A DNA stretch of 64,000 nt from Candidatus Poribacteria bacterium (lineage in GTDB: Bacteria; Poribacteria; WGA-4E; PCPOR2b). A program made the position numbers and the translations under genes. Each line of letters opens with the position of its first letter. Within the stretch, counting starts at the first letter, position 1. The notes under the pieces were generated by a model. It saw only the letters and a list, made by a program, of their open reading frames with translations, did no database searches and was not told the origin of the DNA. The DNA is taken from contig OZ220744.1 of NCBI GenBank assembly GCA_965116925.1, positions 5,088,001-5,152,000 on the forward strand, written 5' to 3'. Positions 20,384 through 29,653 of this stretch are shown in pieces.

Positions 20384-20620
20384 ATGGTTGCGTTGGTCTT
20401 CGGTTTTATTGCGCTAGTGATAATCGGGGCGGGGATACTCATTTCGAGGTTGGCTGAGATTGCCAAAACGGACAAGGGCAAGAAGACATGGATCTGGGGG
20501 ATTCTCATACTGATTGCGCTGATTGCGGTGCCCCTCCTTTTGTTGGGCGTCATCGTCAAGGTCGCACAGTATTCATCGGTGGCAGGTGTTTTTGAGAGTT
20601 TCGGTGGCTCTGATAATTAG
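20384..20620 (+). CDS. Small two-TM membrane protein
   Basis: SD GGAGG; two hydrophobic segments separated by a charged loop. Confidence 0.6.
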   Translation: MVALVFGFIALVIIGAGILISRLAEIAKTDKGKKTWIWGILILIALIAVPLLLLGVIVKVAQYSSVAGVFESFGGSDN

Positions 20621-20753
20621 GTTCTGTTGAGAAAGTAGTAGGCACACTCCGTGTGCCGTAACTCTGCGAACAAGTTCCTGACATCGCTCGTTCATCGTGT
20701 CCCATTAATTCTAAAATCTACTATAAATGACCCTAAGATAAAGGAAAAAAGTG

Positions 20754-20782
20754 TTGACAACGCTAGGTTGATGTGAAACAAT
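20754..20782 (+). promoter_or_regulatory. Sigma70 promoter for structured leader copy 1
   Basis: TTGACA-N17-AACAAT with extended TG; equivalent promoter precedes copy 2. Confidence 0.55.
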
Positions 20783-20820
20783 AGAAAATTGGGACTGCTA
20801 AGCAAAGCTTAACAGCCCCA

Positions 20821-21037
20821 GTGGGGACTCCGAGTTAGTGGCTCGAAACCCCCCGAAGCAAAACGAGATACAGGCTCGAATCGCTTCATGATTGACAGGT
20901 GAACCAACACCTGACAATCTTTAATAGTATAACCCTTTATGCCAATCGTTTCGATCTAAAACAGAAGGGCTGCGCGATTCGGGTATTTCCGACGCTGCAG
21001 CCCTTTTTTATTTTAGGTCGTTTCGATGGCAACAAGG
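20821..21037 (+). ncRNA. Candidate structured leader RNA / attenuator, copy 1
   Basis: Homologous to 43228-43435 with compensatory stems: three hairpins, then a long hairpin containing a U-tract terminator and occluding the SD. Confidence 0.65.
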
Positions 21038-21045
21038 TATTGACT

Positions 21046-21138
21046 ATGTTAGCAACACAAAGGCGTTGGGTGTTGTTGATTTGTGCATCACTACTAGATG
21101 CTAAAGGGGGCGACAATTTTCGGTACAAAAGTTCATAG
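21046..21138 (+). CDS. Putative 30-aa leader peptide (MLATQRRWVLLICASLLDAKGGDNFRYKSS)
   Basis: ATG 8 nt after the AAGG that closes the leader hairpin, at the position where copy 2 has its gene start. Confidence 0.35.
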   Translation: MLATQRRWVLLICASLLDAKGGDNFRYKSS

Positions 21139-21447
21139 CTGGGGTGGGAGCGAGGGAGAATCCGGCGGGACAATCAGATATGATGGCTGGTGATCTAGCC
21201 GAAGCCGAAACAGCGACCGCGTTAGCCCTCAGCAGCCACCTTGACGCTAGCAATCTTGGGACGGTATAGGCAACTGCCCCTATAACGTCGGCAGTTCCTC
21301 TAAGTTGACAGTGACGGGGAAATAGGTGTTACCTTGAAAGCATTTCGTCCATACCTAAAGAAATATGAAATTGGCAGGGCTCGTGTGCAACCAGTTTTCT
21401 CCGAATCGTATTCTTAGTCATATTTTTTGCAAGCTAGGGAGGATTGG

Positions 21448-21732
21448 ATGAGCGACAAAAAAAATGACAACCCTTTGGGTTGCAAGCAAACTTGGGGGTT
21501 GATTAGTGCAGAGATGCTAAAAGCTCTCTTGGACAATCGTTTCTTGAGTGTGCCGTCAGCAGTATTTTTGTATCTCAGATTGAACGACGATGAGCATCTG
21601 AATTATCGAGAGGTGGCAGGGTGCCTCGGATTTCATGAAGCGAGTGTGTATCGAGCTGTCAAAGAACTTGCGGATGCTGGTCTTATTAAACGAAACAGAC
21701 GCGGGGACCTGAGTGCTTGCACCATTGATTGA
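21448..21732 (+). CDS. Small winged-HTH DNA-binding protein
   Basis: SD GGGAGG; LNYREVAGCLGFHEASVYRAVKELADAGLIKR HTH pattern. Confidence 0.75.
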   Translation: MSDKKNDNPLGCKQTWGLISAEMLKALLDNRFLSVPSAVFLYLRLNDDEHLNYREVAGCLGFHEASVYRAVKELADAGLIKRNRRGDLSACTID

Positions 21733-21933
21733 CATACTCCCACACCCAAGGTGTAGGCTCATGTAAAAAAAATGGTGCAACCGAAACCGATTGAGTTGTT
21801 GTGAAACAGGAATCTCCATTCCTTACTGGTTTAACTTTGTTCGCAACTCTGCGATGGACCCCGGTCCCCCCATTGCAATCGGAAGGTAAGTTTTAATAGG
21901 TAGTCCCGAATACTCTCAGCTCAGAAAATCCAC

Positions 21934-23201
21934 TCATTCACCCATCTGTCGAATCGCTTCCTCATAGATCTCCCTGAGCGGCACTCCATGTTGTTCAGCA
22001 AGCCGCTTGCAATCTTCATATTCGGGGACTGTTTTAATTAATTGGCCCTCCAAATATCCGCACTTCGCACGAACGGTTCCCCATTGCGTCTGGATGTCAA
22101 CAAAATCACGAGTCAGTTTGGATCGTTCGACAGTATAGGATCTGATGCCAAATGTCGTCGTTTCTAGGAGAAGCATTTCGCTCAATATATCACGGAGGGA
22201 CGGTGTACAAAGGAGGCTCAGTTTCGTCGCCGGACGGCCTTTCTTCATGAATATCGGCGTCATGAAGACATCGAGAGCACCCCGCTCAAAGAGTTGCTCC
22301 ATCAGGTAGCCTACAATCTCTGGCGACATATCGTCGAGGTTAGTTTCAATTACGCAGACCTGATCACCCTCGATAGTTTTTTTTTACCGACACACAGCCG
22401 CAAGAGGTTCGGTTGCTCCTCAAGGTCGCGTGTGCCGGCACCATAGCCAATTTGGTTGATGGTCATCTCTGGCATTGTACCGAATCCATCCGCAAGCGTC
22501 GTGATAATGGCTGCGCCGGTGGGGGTCACGAGCTCTTTTCGGATTTCGGTCTGTCGGACGGGCACGCCGCGCAACAACTCCATCGTCCCCGGTGCGGGGA
22601 CAGGCATGAATCCGTGGGCGCACCGAACAAAACCGCCGCCGAGCGATAGTGGAGAGGCATAAATCTCATCGACTGCTAGCAGATGTAGCCCAATAACAGC
22701 TCCAACGATGTCCACAATCGCATCAATGCCGCTGACTTCGTGCAGATGCACCTGATCTTTAGAAGTGTTGTGAACTTTCGCTTCCGCCGCTGCCAGTCGA
22801 TCAAAGATCTGCTTTGCGCGATCAATGATTACTGCATCAAGATCGCTATTGTCCAAGACGGCAAAAATATCGGACAGGTGACGGCTTGGACCGTGTGTGT
22901 GCGGGTGATCATGATGTTCGTGGCTATGGTCATGATCATGGTCGTGGGTGTGATGGTGATGTGCTGCTGGGGAATCGTTGTGGACGTGTGAATCTCCAGT
23001 CGAATCCTCTGTTTCCACGACCGCCCATGTGCCACTGATGCTGTGTTTCGTGGCTTCCTCGAAACGCAGCGTAAATTCGTCCAACTTCAACTTTGCCAAC
23101 TCTCCATTCAGTGCGTCCGGATCGACGCCTGCATTGACCAAGGCACCAAGCACCATATCTCCACTTATACCTGAGAAACAATCGAAATAAGCGATCTTCA
23201 A
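21934..23201 (-). CDS. larC: Nickel-pincer cofactor nickel insertase LarC, split by a -1 frameshift at A9C
   Basis: YFDCFSGISGDM, His-rich stretch, HLHEVSGIDAIVDI, ELVTPTGAA in ORF1; the -1 frame continues IETNLDDMSPE...MKKGRP...ETTTFGIR...PEYEDC. Confidence 0.92.
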
Positions 23202-23303
23202 TTTATTTTCCTTTTGGTTGGCAAACTTGAATGGGGGCTTTGTATATATTCTGTGGTGCAGCAGAAACCGAGTCTTTTCTTAAAAACTCGGTGTCTCTCT
23301 GTG

Positions 23304-24230
23304 TTAGTACCCTAGCAACTCAATCCCTTCCCGATACGTCTGAGCCGATGTTTGCAACGCTTGGATTTCATCGTCTGTCAATTCGACTTCGATAATCTGT
23401 TCCACGCCATCCGCTCCCAATTTAATTGGGACGCCGATATATAGATCGTCAATACCGAACTGTCCTGTCAAATGCGCTGCACAAGGGATGAGCCGTTTTT
23501 TGTCGCGAATAATTGCATCCGCCATCTGAGCAAGCGAGGCACCCGCTGCGTAGTAACCACTCGTCTTCAGAAGATCGACCACTTCCGCACCGCCATCTCG
23601 TGTGCGCTGCGCCATTTCCTCAATTCGTTCAGCAGATATAAGTTGCGTAATTGGGATTCCGCCGACCGTTGTGTAACGCGGCAGAGGCACCATCGTATCT
23701 CCGTGTCCCCCCATCACGAGGGCGCTGATATCTTCAACGGACACACCCAGCTCAAGGGAGATGAAATAACGGAAGCGGGCTGAATCGAGTATACCCGCCT
23801 GCCCAACCACGCGGTTGGATGGGAATCCCGAAACCTTCCACGCGTGATAGGTCATGATGTCCAATGGGTTAGTCAACATCACAATAATACAATCCGGTGA
23901 GTGCTTCACAACGCTTTCTGTGACGCTGCCAACGATGTTCGCATTTGTTTGCAATAGGTCTTCGCGAGTCATTCCCGGCTTACGCGGCGAGCCAGAGGTG
24001 ATAATCACCACATCAGATCCCGCTGTCTCTTCGTAGCCTGTTGAGCCTGTGACACTTGCATCGAACATTTCAACTGGCGATGCCTGTGCCATATCCAGAC
24101 TCTTTCCTTGTGGAACGCCGTCGATGATATCTACCATGACGACATCACCAAGCTGCTTTTGTGCAATAAATAGTGCGGCAGTCGCGCCGACGTTTCCAGC
24201 ACCAATCACACTAATTTTTTTTCTAGCCAT
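23304..24230 (-). CDS. mdh: Malate dehydrogenase (LDH-like)
   Basis: IGAGNVGAT, PRKPGMTREDLL, TNPLD, GGHGDTMVP. Confidence 0.95.
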   Translation of the reverse strand: MARKKISVIGAGNVGATAALFIAQKQLGDVVMVDIIDGVPQGKSLDMAQASPVEMFDASVTGSTGYEETAGSDVVIITSGSPRKPGMTREDLLQTNANIVGSVTESVVKHSPDCIIVMLTNPLDIMTYHAWKVSGFPSNRVVGQAGILDSARFRYFISLELGVSVEDISALVMGGHGDTMVPLPRYTTVGGIPITQLISAERIEEMAQRTRDGGAEVVDLLKTSGYYAAGASLAQMADAIIRDKKRLIPCAAHLTGQFGIDDLYIGVPIKLGADGVEQIIEVELTDDEIQALQTSAQTYREGIELLGY

Positions 24231-24447
24231 TCGTTTTCCCTATGATAGATTAGAGACTAAGCTATTTTATCGATTGCTCGTGTTAAGAAATCGTGCAACA
24301 GAAACCGAGTTTTTGCCAAAAACTCGGTTTCTCTTCAGCCTTTGCACTTTTTCTAAGCCCCGTAGATCGGATATCCTATCCTGATTTCATCAATGAACTA
24401 ATGAACCAATAATAGTTTGATGGTTTTCACGTTTCACGCATCACGTT

Positions 24448-25656
24448 TCACGCTTCTGCCGCCACATATTCTTCCCAACGCGCCTCAACATTAGTATCCT
24501 CGACGGTCTCCATGATGTAGTCACCGAATGCCTCGCTGGTCGCACCTGTGCTGCGGCCGGTCATAACTACCTTGCGCTCGTACTGTCCACAGATGTCAAG
24601 GGCTTTATGCAGTTTTTGACCGAGTTCATCGAATCCAATATGTTCAAGCATCATGGCACCCGCACGGATGAGAGAACTTGGGTCAGCATACTGTGCCCTT
24701 CCCTCCTGCACCATTCGCGGGGCACTCCCGTGGATTGCCTCAAACATGGCAGCCTGTTTCCCGATGTTCGCGCTGCCGGCAGTGCCGACGCCGCCTTGGA
24801 TCTGGGCTGCCTCATCAGTCAAGATATCACCGTAGAGATTGGGGAGTACAAGCACCTGAAAATCCTGTTGACGCGCCGGATTTATCAGTGCCGCGGTCAT
24901 GATATCGATGTACCAACTATCCCATTCAATGTCCGGATATCGTTGTGCAATTTGACGGCCAAAGTCGAGGAACTTGCCATCGGTTGTTTTGACGATATTT
25001 GCCTTTGTGACGACCGTTACCTTAGTTCTGCCGGTACGTTTCGCGTGAGCGAAGGCTGCCTCAATAATCCGCTCAGATCCTTGGCTGGTGATAACGCGAA
25101 AATCTATCCCCAAGTCCTCGGTGACATTGATGCCTTGGCTGCCAAGCGCGTACATATCTTCAGTGTTCTCACGGAAGAAGGTCCAGTCAATGTTTTCAGC
25201 AGGCACGCGCACCGGGCGGACATTGGCGAATAGGTCCAATGCCTTACGCATGGAGACGTTCGCACTCTCTATATTGGGCCACCCATCCCCCTGTTCAGGC
25301 GTGTGCGTCGGTCCCTTTAGTGTTACATGGCACCCCTTGATTTCTTCAAGCACATCGTCCGGTATTGACTGCATCTGTGCAGCACGGTTTTCAATGGTAA
25401 GCCCTTCTATTACTCGAAACTCGACTTTCCCACTACTCACCGGGTCACGTAGAAGATATTCAAGCACACGCTGGGTTTCGGTGCTAATTGTCGGACCGAT
25501 GCCATCACCGCCGAGCATACCAACAATGATAGGCGAAATAGAACTATAATCCGTCCAATCTGGTTCTTGCTTGAGTCTCTCGACTCTCTCAAGCTGTTGC
25601 TGCAAAACGTTTCCAAAATGTTCTTTTGCAGTCTCAATTGCTGCTGAGTTGACCAA
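24448..25656 (-). CDS. Isocitrate/isopropylmalate dehydrogenase family protein, probably isocitrate dehydrogenase
   Basis: GDGIGP, LKGPTHTP, RENTEDMY, KANIVK, NLYGDILTD, FEAIHGSAP; located between a citrate-synthase-like gene and mdh. Confidence 0.85.
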   Translation of the reverse strand: MVNSAAIETAKEHFGNVLQQQLERVERLKQEPDWTDYSSISPIIVGMLGGDGIGPTISTETQRVLEYLLRDPVSSGKVEFRVIEGLTIENRAAQMQSIPDDVLEEIKGCHVTLKGPTHTPEQGDGWPNIESANVSMRKALDLFANVRPVRVPAENIDWTFFRENTEDMYALGSQGINVTEDLGIDFRVITSQGSERIIEAAFAHAKRTGRTKVTVVTKANIVKTTDGKFLDFGRQIAQRYPDIEWDSWYIDIMTAALINPARQQDFQVLVLPNLYGDILTDEAAQIQGGVGTAGSANIGKQAAMFEAIHGSAPRMVQEGRAQYADPSSLIRAGAMMLEHIGFDELGQKLHKALDICGQYERKVVMTGRSTGATSEAFGDYIMETVEDTNVEARWEEYVAAEA

Positions 25657-25786
25657 TCTGTACTCCTTTCTAAAAAACAACGGCTCAGATCACATGGTGA
25701 AAATAGACTACTAGGATTCCACTGCGAAGGTTAGCTGCGCCTGATTACTAATGAATGCTGAGACTCAAGTTTCCACCCATCATCAT

Positions 25787-27349
25787 TCAATGCGCGGAAA
25801 AAGCATCCTCCTGAACCAATCGATTGTGGGTTGAAACAACCAAATCCGGTATCGTCGAGTCACTGCTATCTGTGGGAATAATCTGGGGATCGGGTGGAAT
25901 AACCGGGCGAATAATGTGACGTTCTTGCAACTGTTCCCGCGCATCCATTATCCACCCAAATCCTCTAAAAATATAGGTAAGTAGTGTTCGATCTAATTCA
26001 TGGATACCCAACGCCTCTTGAACCGCCCAACCGCCGAAATCTGTGTTTGGTGTCAAACGAAGTGGCGGATCGTTTTCTCGTCCCGGCTTAATCACGCCTT
26101 CGACAAACGCAATCTGATAAATCCGTTGAATCATACCCAGCCGCTGCTTCTGCTTATCGTCAAGCGTGAGATCCCCACTATCTATTGCCTGCAAAACGGG
26201 CTCAATGTAAATTGCAGGTCTCGGATCTTGCTGAATTTCGTCAACCCTACCGGCAGCAGCAATTTCGGGGTGACCAAACGTTGGAATCCCACCGCCGAGC
26301 ACTTCGTTCCGGATAGCTGCTTCACGCTTTTCTGTAGGAAGTTGTTCAAGTGTATTGATAAAGTGAGTTATATCGTGAATTGCGCCAAAATGTCGATCTC
26401 CGTCAAGGTTCATGTGGGCAGCGGTCAAGAAGTCGGAAACAGAAGGGGTATGTAACGTTGCCATGTATCGAGCAACCATGTTGGATCCTGCCGATCCGTG
26501 ATGGGTTTGTATGATTCCCATGCGTTCCAAGGCTTTGTTCTCAACTTCATTGGCACGGTGGCCCAGCAGAAGACTGTAGCAGGTCTGAAACGCCGTTTTC
26601 CCTGCGTTCTCCTCTTCGGTGATAAGTGCGTCCGTTTGGCGGACGAGCTGCTCTGTACTTAAATTCGCACTCGTTTCCAGTAGACCGCGCATATAAGTTG
26701 ACATCACCCCCACTGCGACATTTTCTATATGCGTTCCAATCATTTGAAGTAGAAGGCGGCCCTCGCGCCTTTCATCGTTCAACCCACGCTCTGGGATCCG
26801 GTTTTTTGCTCGATTCGCTTTCCTAAACGTCGAAAAATGCTGAATTGCAAGCTCCGGTCCCGACTCTGGGAAAGTCTGCACAAAATTAGCAACCTGCTCG
26901 ATTAGCGACTTGCGCCCCGAAGGATCTTCCCTGATAACCCTTCTGACTCGATAAAACTTGCGGTTAATCAGTGCCCTAAGCACTGCCTCTTCATCCAAAC
27001 CGTTCTGAACCTTTTCGGGTATTCTGCCGAACAGCCCAACAAAGATTACATACGCAGGCGCAAGTCCACCTGCGACAATTTCACTCTCTTGAAGCACACC
27101 GCGAAGGGCAAAACTACGGATATTCAGCGTTATATCTGTACCAGCGCAATCAACTTTTGCGCGATGTAAAACTGGATTTGCGAAGACATTCGTTGACTGA
27201 GGCATAGTGCTAAACGCTGTGAGGGCACTTGTGATGTCCTGTTCATCCAATTGCCCCGCGGTTTGCAACGCATCCGTCACCGGGCTGTAGGTTGAGGTTT
27301 CAGGGAGCGCTGAAAACATCTTGCGCATGGCTGCTATCTTCTGTGCCAT
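25787..27349 (-). CDS. Divergent citrate synthase family protein
   Basis: Motifs in citrate synthase order: THHGSAGS, GDRHFGA, PTFGHP, DPR, PNTDF, FRGFGW. Confidence 0.65.
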   Translation of the reverse strand: MAQKIAAMRKMFSALPETSTYSPVTDALQTAGQLDEQDITSALTAFSTMPQSTNVFANPVLHRAKVDCAGTDITLNIRSFALRGVLQESEIVAGGLAPAYVIFVGLFGRIPEKVQNGLDEEAVLRALINRKFYRVRRVIREDPSGRKSLIEQVANFVQTFPESGPELAIQHFSTFRKANRAKNRIPERGLNDERREGRLLLQMIGTHIENVAVGVMSTYMRGLLETSANLSTEQLVRQTDALITEEENAGKTAFQTCYSLLLGHRANEVENKALERMGIIQTHHGSAGSNMVARYMATLHTPSVSDFLTAAHMNLDGDRHFGAIHDITHFINTLEQLPTEKREAAIRNEVLGGGIPTFGHPEIAAAGRVDEIQQDPRPAIYIEPVLQAIDSGDLTLDDKQKQRLGMIQRIYQIAFVEGVIKPGRENDPPLRLTPNTDFGGWAVQEALGIHELDRTLLTYIFRGFGWIMDAREQLQERHIIRPVIPPDPQIIPTDSSDSTIPDLVVSTHNRLVQEDAFSAH

Positions 27350-27859
27350 TAAAAAAATCTCCTTAATTGAGGGCTAATCAGAACTAGGAGTGTGGAGTGC
27401 TGTGGCAGGAATGACTCTTTGCTCGAATTGCTTGCTTCAATGATATACGGTGCTGCAGTTCTATTTTTGTATGGCTGCGGGTCGTTCATTTCTACTATAA
27501 AAGAGAAGATTTCCTCAATGCTTAACTGGTAGATGCTATGTCTAGTTATAGGTTGTTGCAATTACAACTAGGCAAAGTCAAGTGACGTATTTGCGGCATA
27601 CCTATCATCTCAAGTGGCAAGGACAATTGATCGTTTGTTCAATCTATGCTATTGTAGCAAACATATCCCTATAAAGTCAAGGCAAAACAAGGAAACGGCG
27701 CGGCGACAAATTGTGGCACGAATTGTCCTAGGATTTATCAGAAAGATAAAAAAAATGCTGTCGCTGATACACTGCCCTGCCGGAAATTGATCCACGAAGT
27801 AGCGACTTAAATCTTCATCAAGAGTGCTGACAAAAAGAGGCGAAAAACAGTATACTTTA

Positions 27860-28063
27860 TAGGACTTACGCAGTTGAACGGTCAAAGCCCTGTAGCTCGG
27901 CGATTCATCGCCGTAGGATATCGTTTCCAACGCCCGATGAATCCCCGATTTATCGGGACAGGCGGGCAACTACAGTCGGGACAAAGGTTTGTAGTAGGGC
28001 GATTTATCGCCCGTCCGTACGCGCAATGAACGCGCTACTACAAACTGAAGTGCGTAACTTCTA
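27860..28063. mobile_element. YAGGACTTACGCA-ended MITE carrying GTAG REP palindromes
   Basis: TIRs TAGGACTTACGCA / TGCGTAACTTCTA with flanking ACTTTA duplication; relatives at 42807, 45117, 49032, 55767, 61523. Confidence 0.75.
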
Positions 28064-28094
28064 ACTTTAATTATCTTTCTCTATTCGGACGGGT

Positions 28095-28955
28095 ATGCAA
28101 ATGGTTAAAGGTTATTTATTTCTTGACGAATTGGCGTTCATTTCAGATCGATTGCGGACTATTTTTAAGAGATGTGCCAATGATGCAGCAGCCCAAATCT
28201 CTTTCAAAGACTTCCAACAATTTCGGAAGCAACTCTGCACATGGGATGCAGCTTTTATAAAGCCCCCTATGTCGTTGGTTTCCACCTGTCATATAGAAGT
28301 ATTAAGCGATTTCTACCGACGTAAGTTAGATTTCTCTGTCTTTCAAGGGTTTGATACAGCGGATCAGGAGCGAATTCAGAGCGAAATTTCTGCATACGCC
28401 GCCCGCGAAGTGCTCGATGCCCTCATCGGTTATCGGTTACGAAACTGGGCATCAATCGGTCTACAGTCTCCCAAATGGGAACTTTACCAAAGTCTCGTTC
28501 AAGATTACTACGAACGAACCATTTCTCAAGAGAGACGTGAGCGGATTGAAGCGGTTGAAGGTGCCCTTGCGGAAACGACGAACTTAACGCCAGCGGCAAT
28601 CCGTGCTAGATGTGTTGGAGAACTGTTCTTTGAGGTGGATGAGATTCGATTGATGTCTGAGTTTCGACTGGATAAATACTTAGAAGGAGTTTGCCGACAA
28701 ATCGCTGGACGGAGAGAACCGGGGGGAAGGAGACATCAGCAATTAAATATGCCGGATGCACTACGAGACAGTTTTCAGTTTTTTGGCTTGACCTATCCGA
28801 CTGACCTGAATGCGTTAAGGGAACGCTATCGTCAACTTGCGTTAAGCTATCATCCGGATAAAGGTGGGAGTCTTGAAATGATGCAGCAGCTTAACACCGC
28901 ATATCGACGAATTTCAGATTATTTGCGTCAAGCAGAAACAGACCCGCTTTCATAA
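28095..28955 (+). CDS. Protein with C-terminal J-domain (DnaJ-like)
   Basis: RYRQLALSYHPDKGG...MQQLNTAY HPD motif. Confidence 0.8.
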   Translation: MQMVKGYLFLDELAFISDRLRTIFKRCANDAAAQISFKDFQQFRKQLCTWDAAFIKPPMSLVSTCHIEVLSDFYRRKLDFSVFQGFDTADQERIQSEISAYAAREVLDALIGYRLRNWASIGLQSPKWELYQSLVQDYYERTISQERRERIEAVEGALAETTNLTPAAIRARCVGELFFEVDEIRLMSEFRLDKYLEGVCRQIAGRREPGGRRHQQLNMPDALRDSFQFFGLTYPTDLNALRERYRQLALSYHPDKGGSLEMMQQLNTAYRRISDYLRQAETDPLS

Positions 28956-28958
28956 GTC

Positions 28959-29555
28959 TCAGCCAAAGATTGCATCCACGTTCAGTCGGAAGTCTATAAT
29001 GGCTTCACTACGGACGGTTTCGCCGAGACCATAGAGACCTACCCGCTCGGATTTCTCCGCTGATAGACGCAAGACTTCAACCGAGCGGGTTTCCCGACCG
29101 ACCAGCCAACACTCTTTGACACCAATCCGTTGATAATCTGTCAATTTTCCAGTTAGCACCTTTTTTGTATCCGAAGGTGAAAGCACCTCGATGACCAAAT
29201 CCAGGGTAATCTCAAGGAGCTGCAATCCTTCAAGGTCATCAAGACTGGTGCCGGGCAGTTTGTCTTTGCAGATAAACAGCACATCAGGTTGGCGCGTTCG
29301 TAACGGGTCACGTTGGAGGATAATATCAACCGGCGCAAAGAGCACCACACCAAGTTCTTTTGTTTTCACATACTGACTTAGTGGACTAAAGATATTCGCA
29401 CCTATTATTTGATGGGCGGGGACCGGGACCGGAGAAGGCACCATCTCTCCATCAATGATTTCATACGGGTGATGGAGTTCGGGCATCAGCAGGTAGTCCG
29501 CAAGGGTGATGTGCTTTTTCTTCAATGCCTCTAGAGTGGTTGGCATCACAGGCAT
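28959..29555 (-). CDS. Uma2 family endonuclease
   Basis: YEIIDGE...P.P..HQ, QPDVLF, LVIEVLSPS, KL..Y..IGV.E.WLV. Confidence 0.9.
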   Translation of the reverse strand: MPVMPTTLEALKKKHITLADYLLMPELHHPYEIIDGEMVPSPVPVPAHQIIGANIFSPLSQYVKTKELGVVLFAPVDIILQRDPLRTRQPDVLFICKDKLPGTSLDDLEGLQLLEITLDLVIEVLSPSDTKKVLTGKLTDYQRIGVKECWLVGRETRSVEVLRLSAEKSERVGLYGLGETVRSEAIIDFRLNVDAIFG

Positions 29556-29573
29556 ATTGGCGTACATCCAATC

Positions 29574-29610
29574 AAAAAAAGCCGGCAATTAGAGTAGGAC
29601 TGCCGGCTTT
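29574..29610 (-). terminator. Intrinsic terminator after gltD
   Basis: AAAGCCGGCA-loop-TGCCGGC followed by T7 on the minus strand. Confidence 0.7.
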
Positions 29611-29653
29611 ATCATTAGGTTTCATATAGACATTGTGGGATAGCTGCCCTATC

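Noticed and set aside
20821..21037. T-box, known riboswitch or tRNA-like identity for the duplicated module
   Set aside because: No T-box UGGN-ACC bulge, specifier stem, T-loop or aptamer consensus that I recognise; an Rfam search is still required.
20899..21173. ORFs 20899-21138 (+, full length) and 20937-21173 (-) as proteins
   Set aside because: They overlap the RNA motif and their frames are not preserved in the second copy.
21139..21300. tmRNA or HDV-like ribozyme
   Set aside because: No tRNA-like ends or tag-like peptide, and the HDV P1.1 GG and nested topology are absent.
27714..27730. Sigma54 promoter (TGGCACG)
   Set aside because: The -12 GC element is absent at the required spacing.
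27349..27969. ORFs 27349-27561 and 27649-27969
   Set aside because: No recognisable motifs; they run through promoter-like and MITE sequence.
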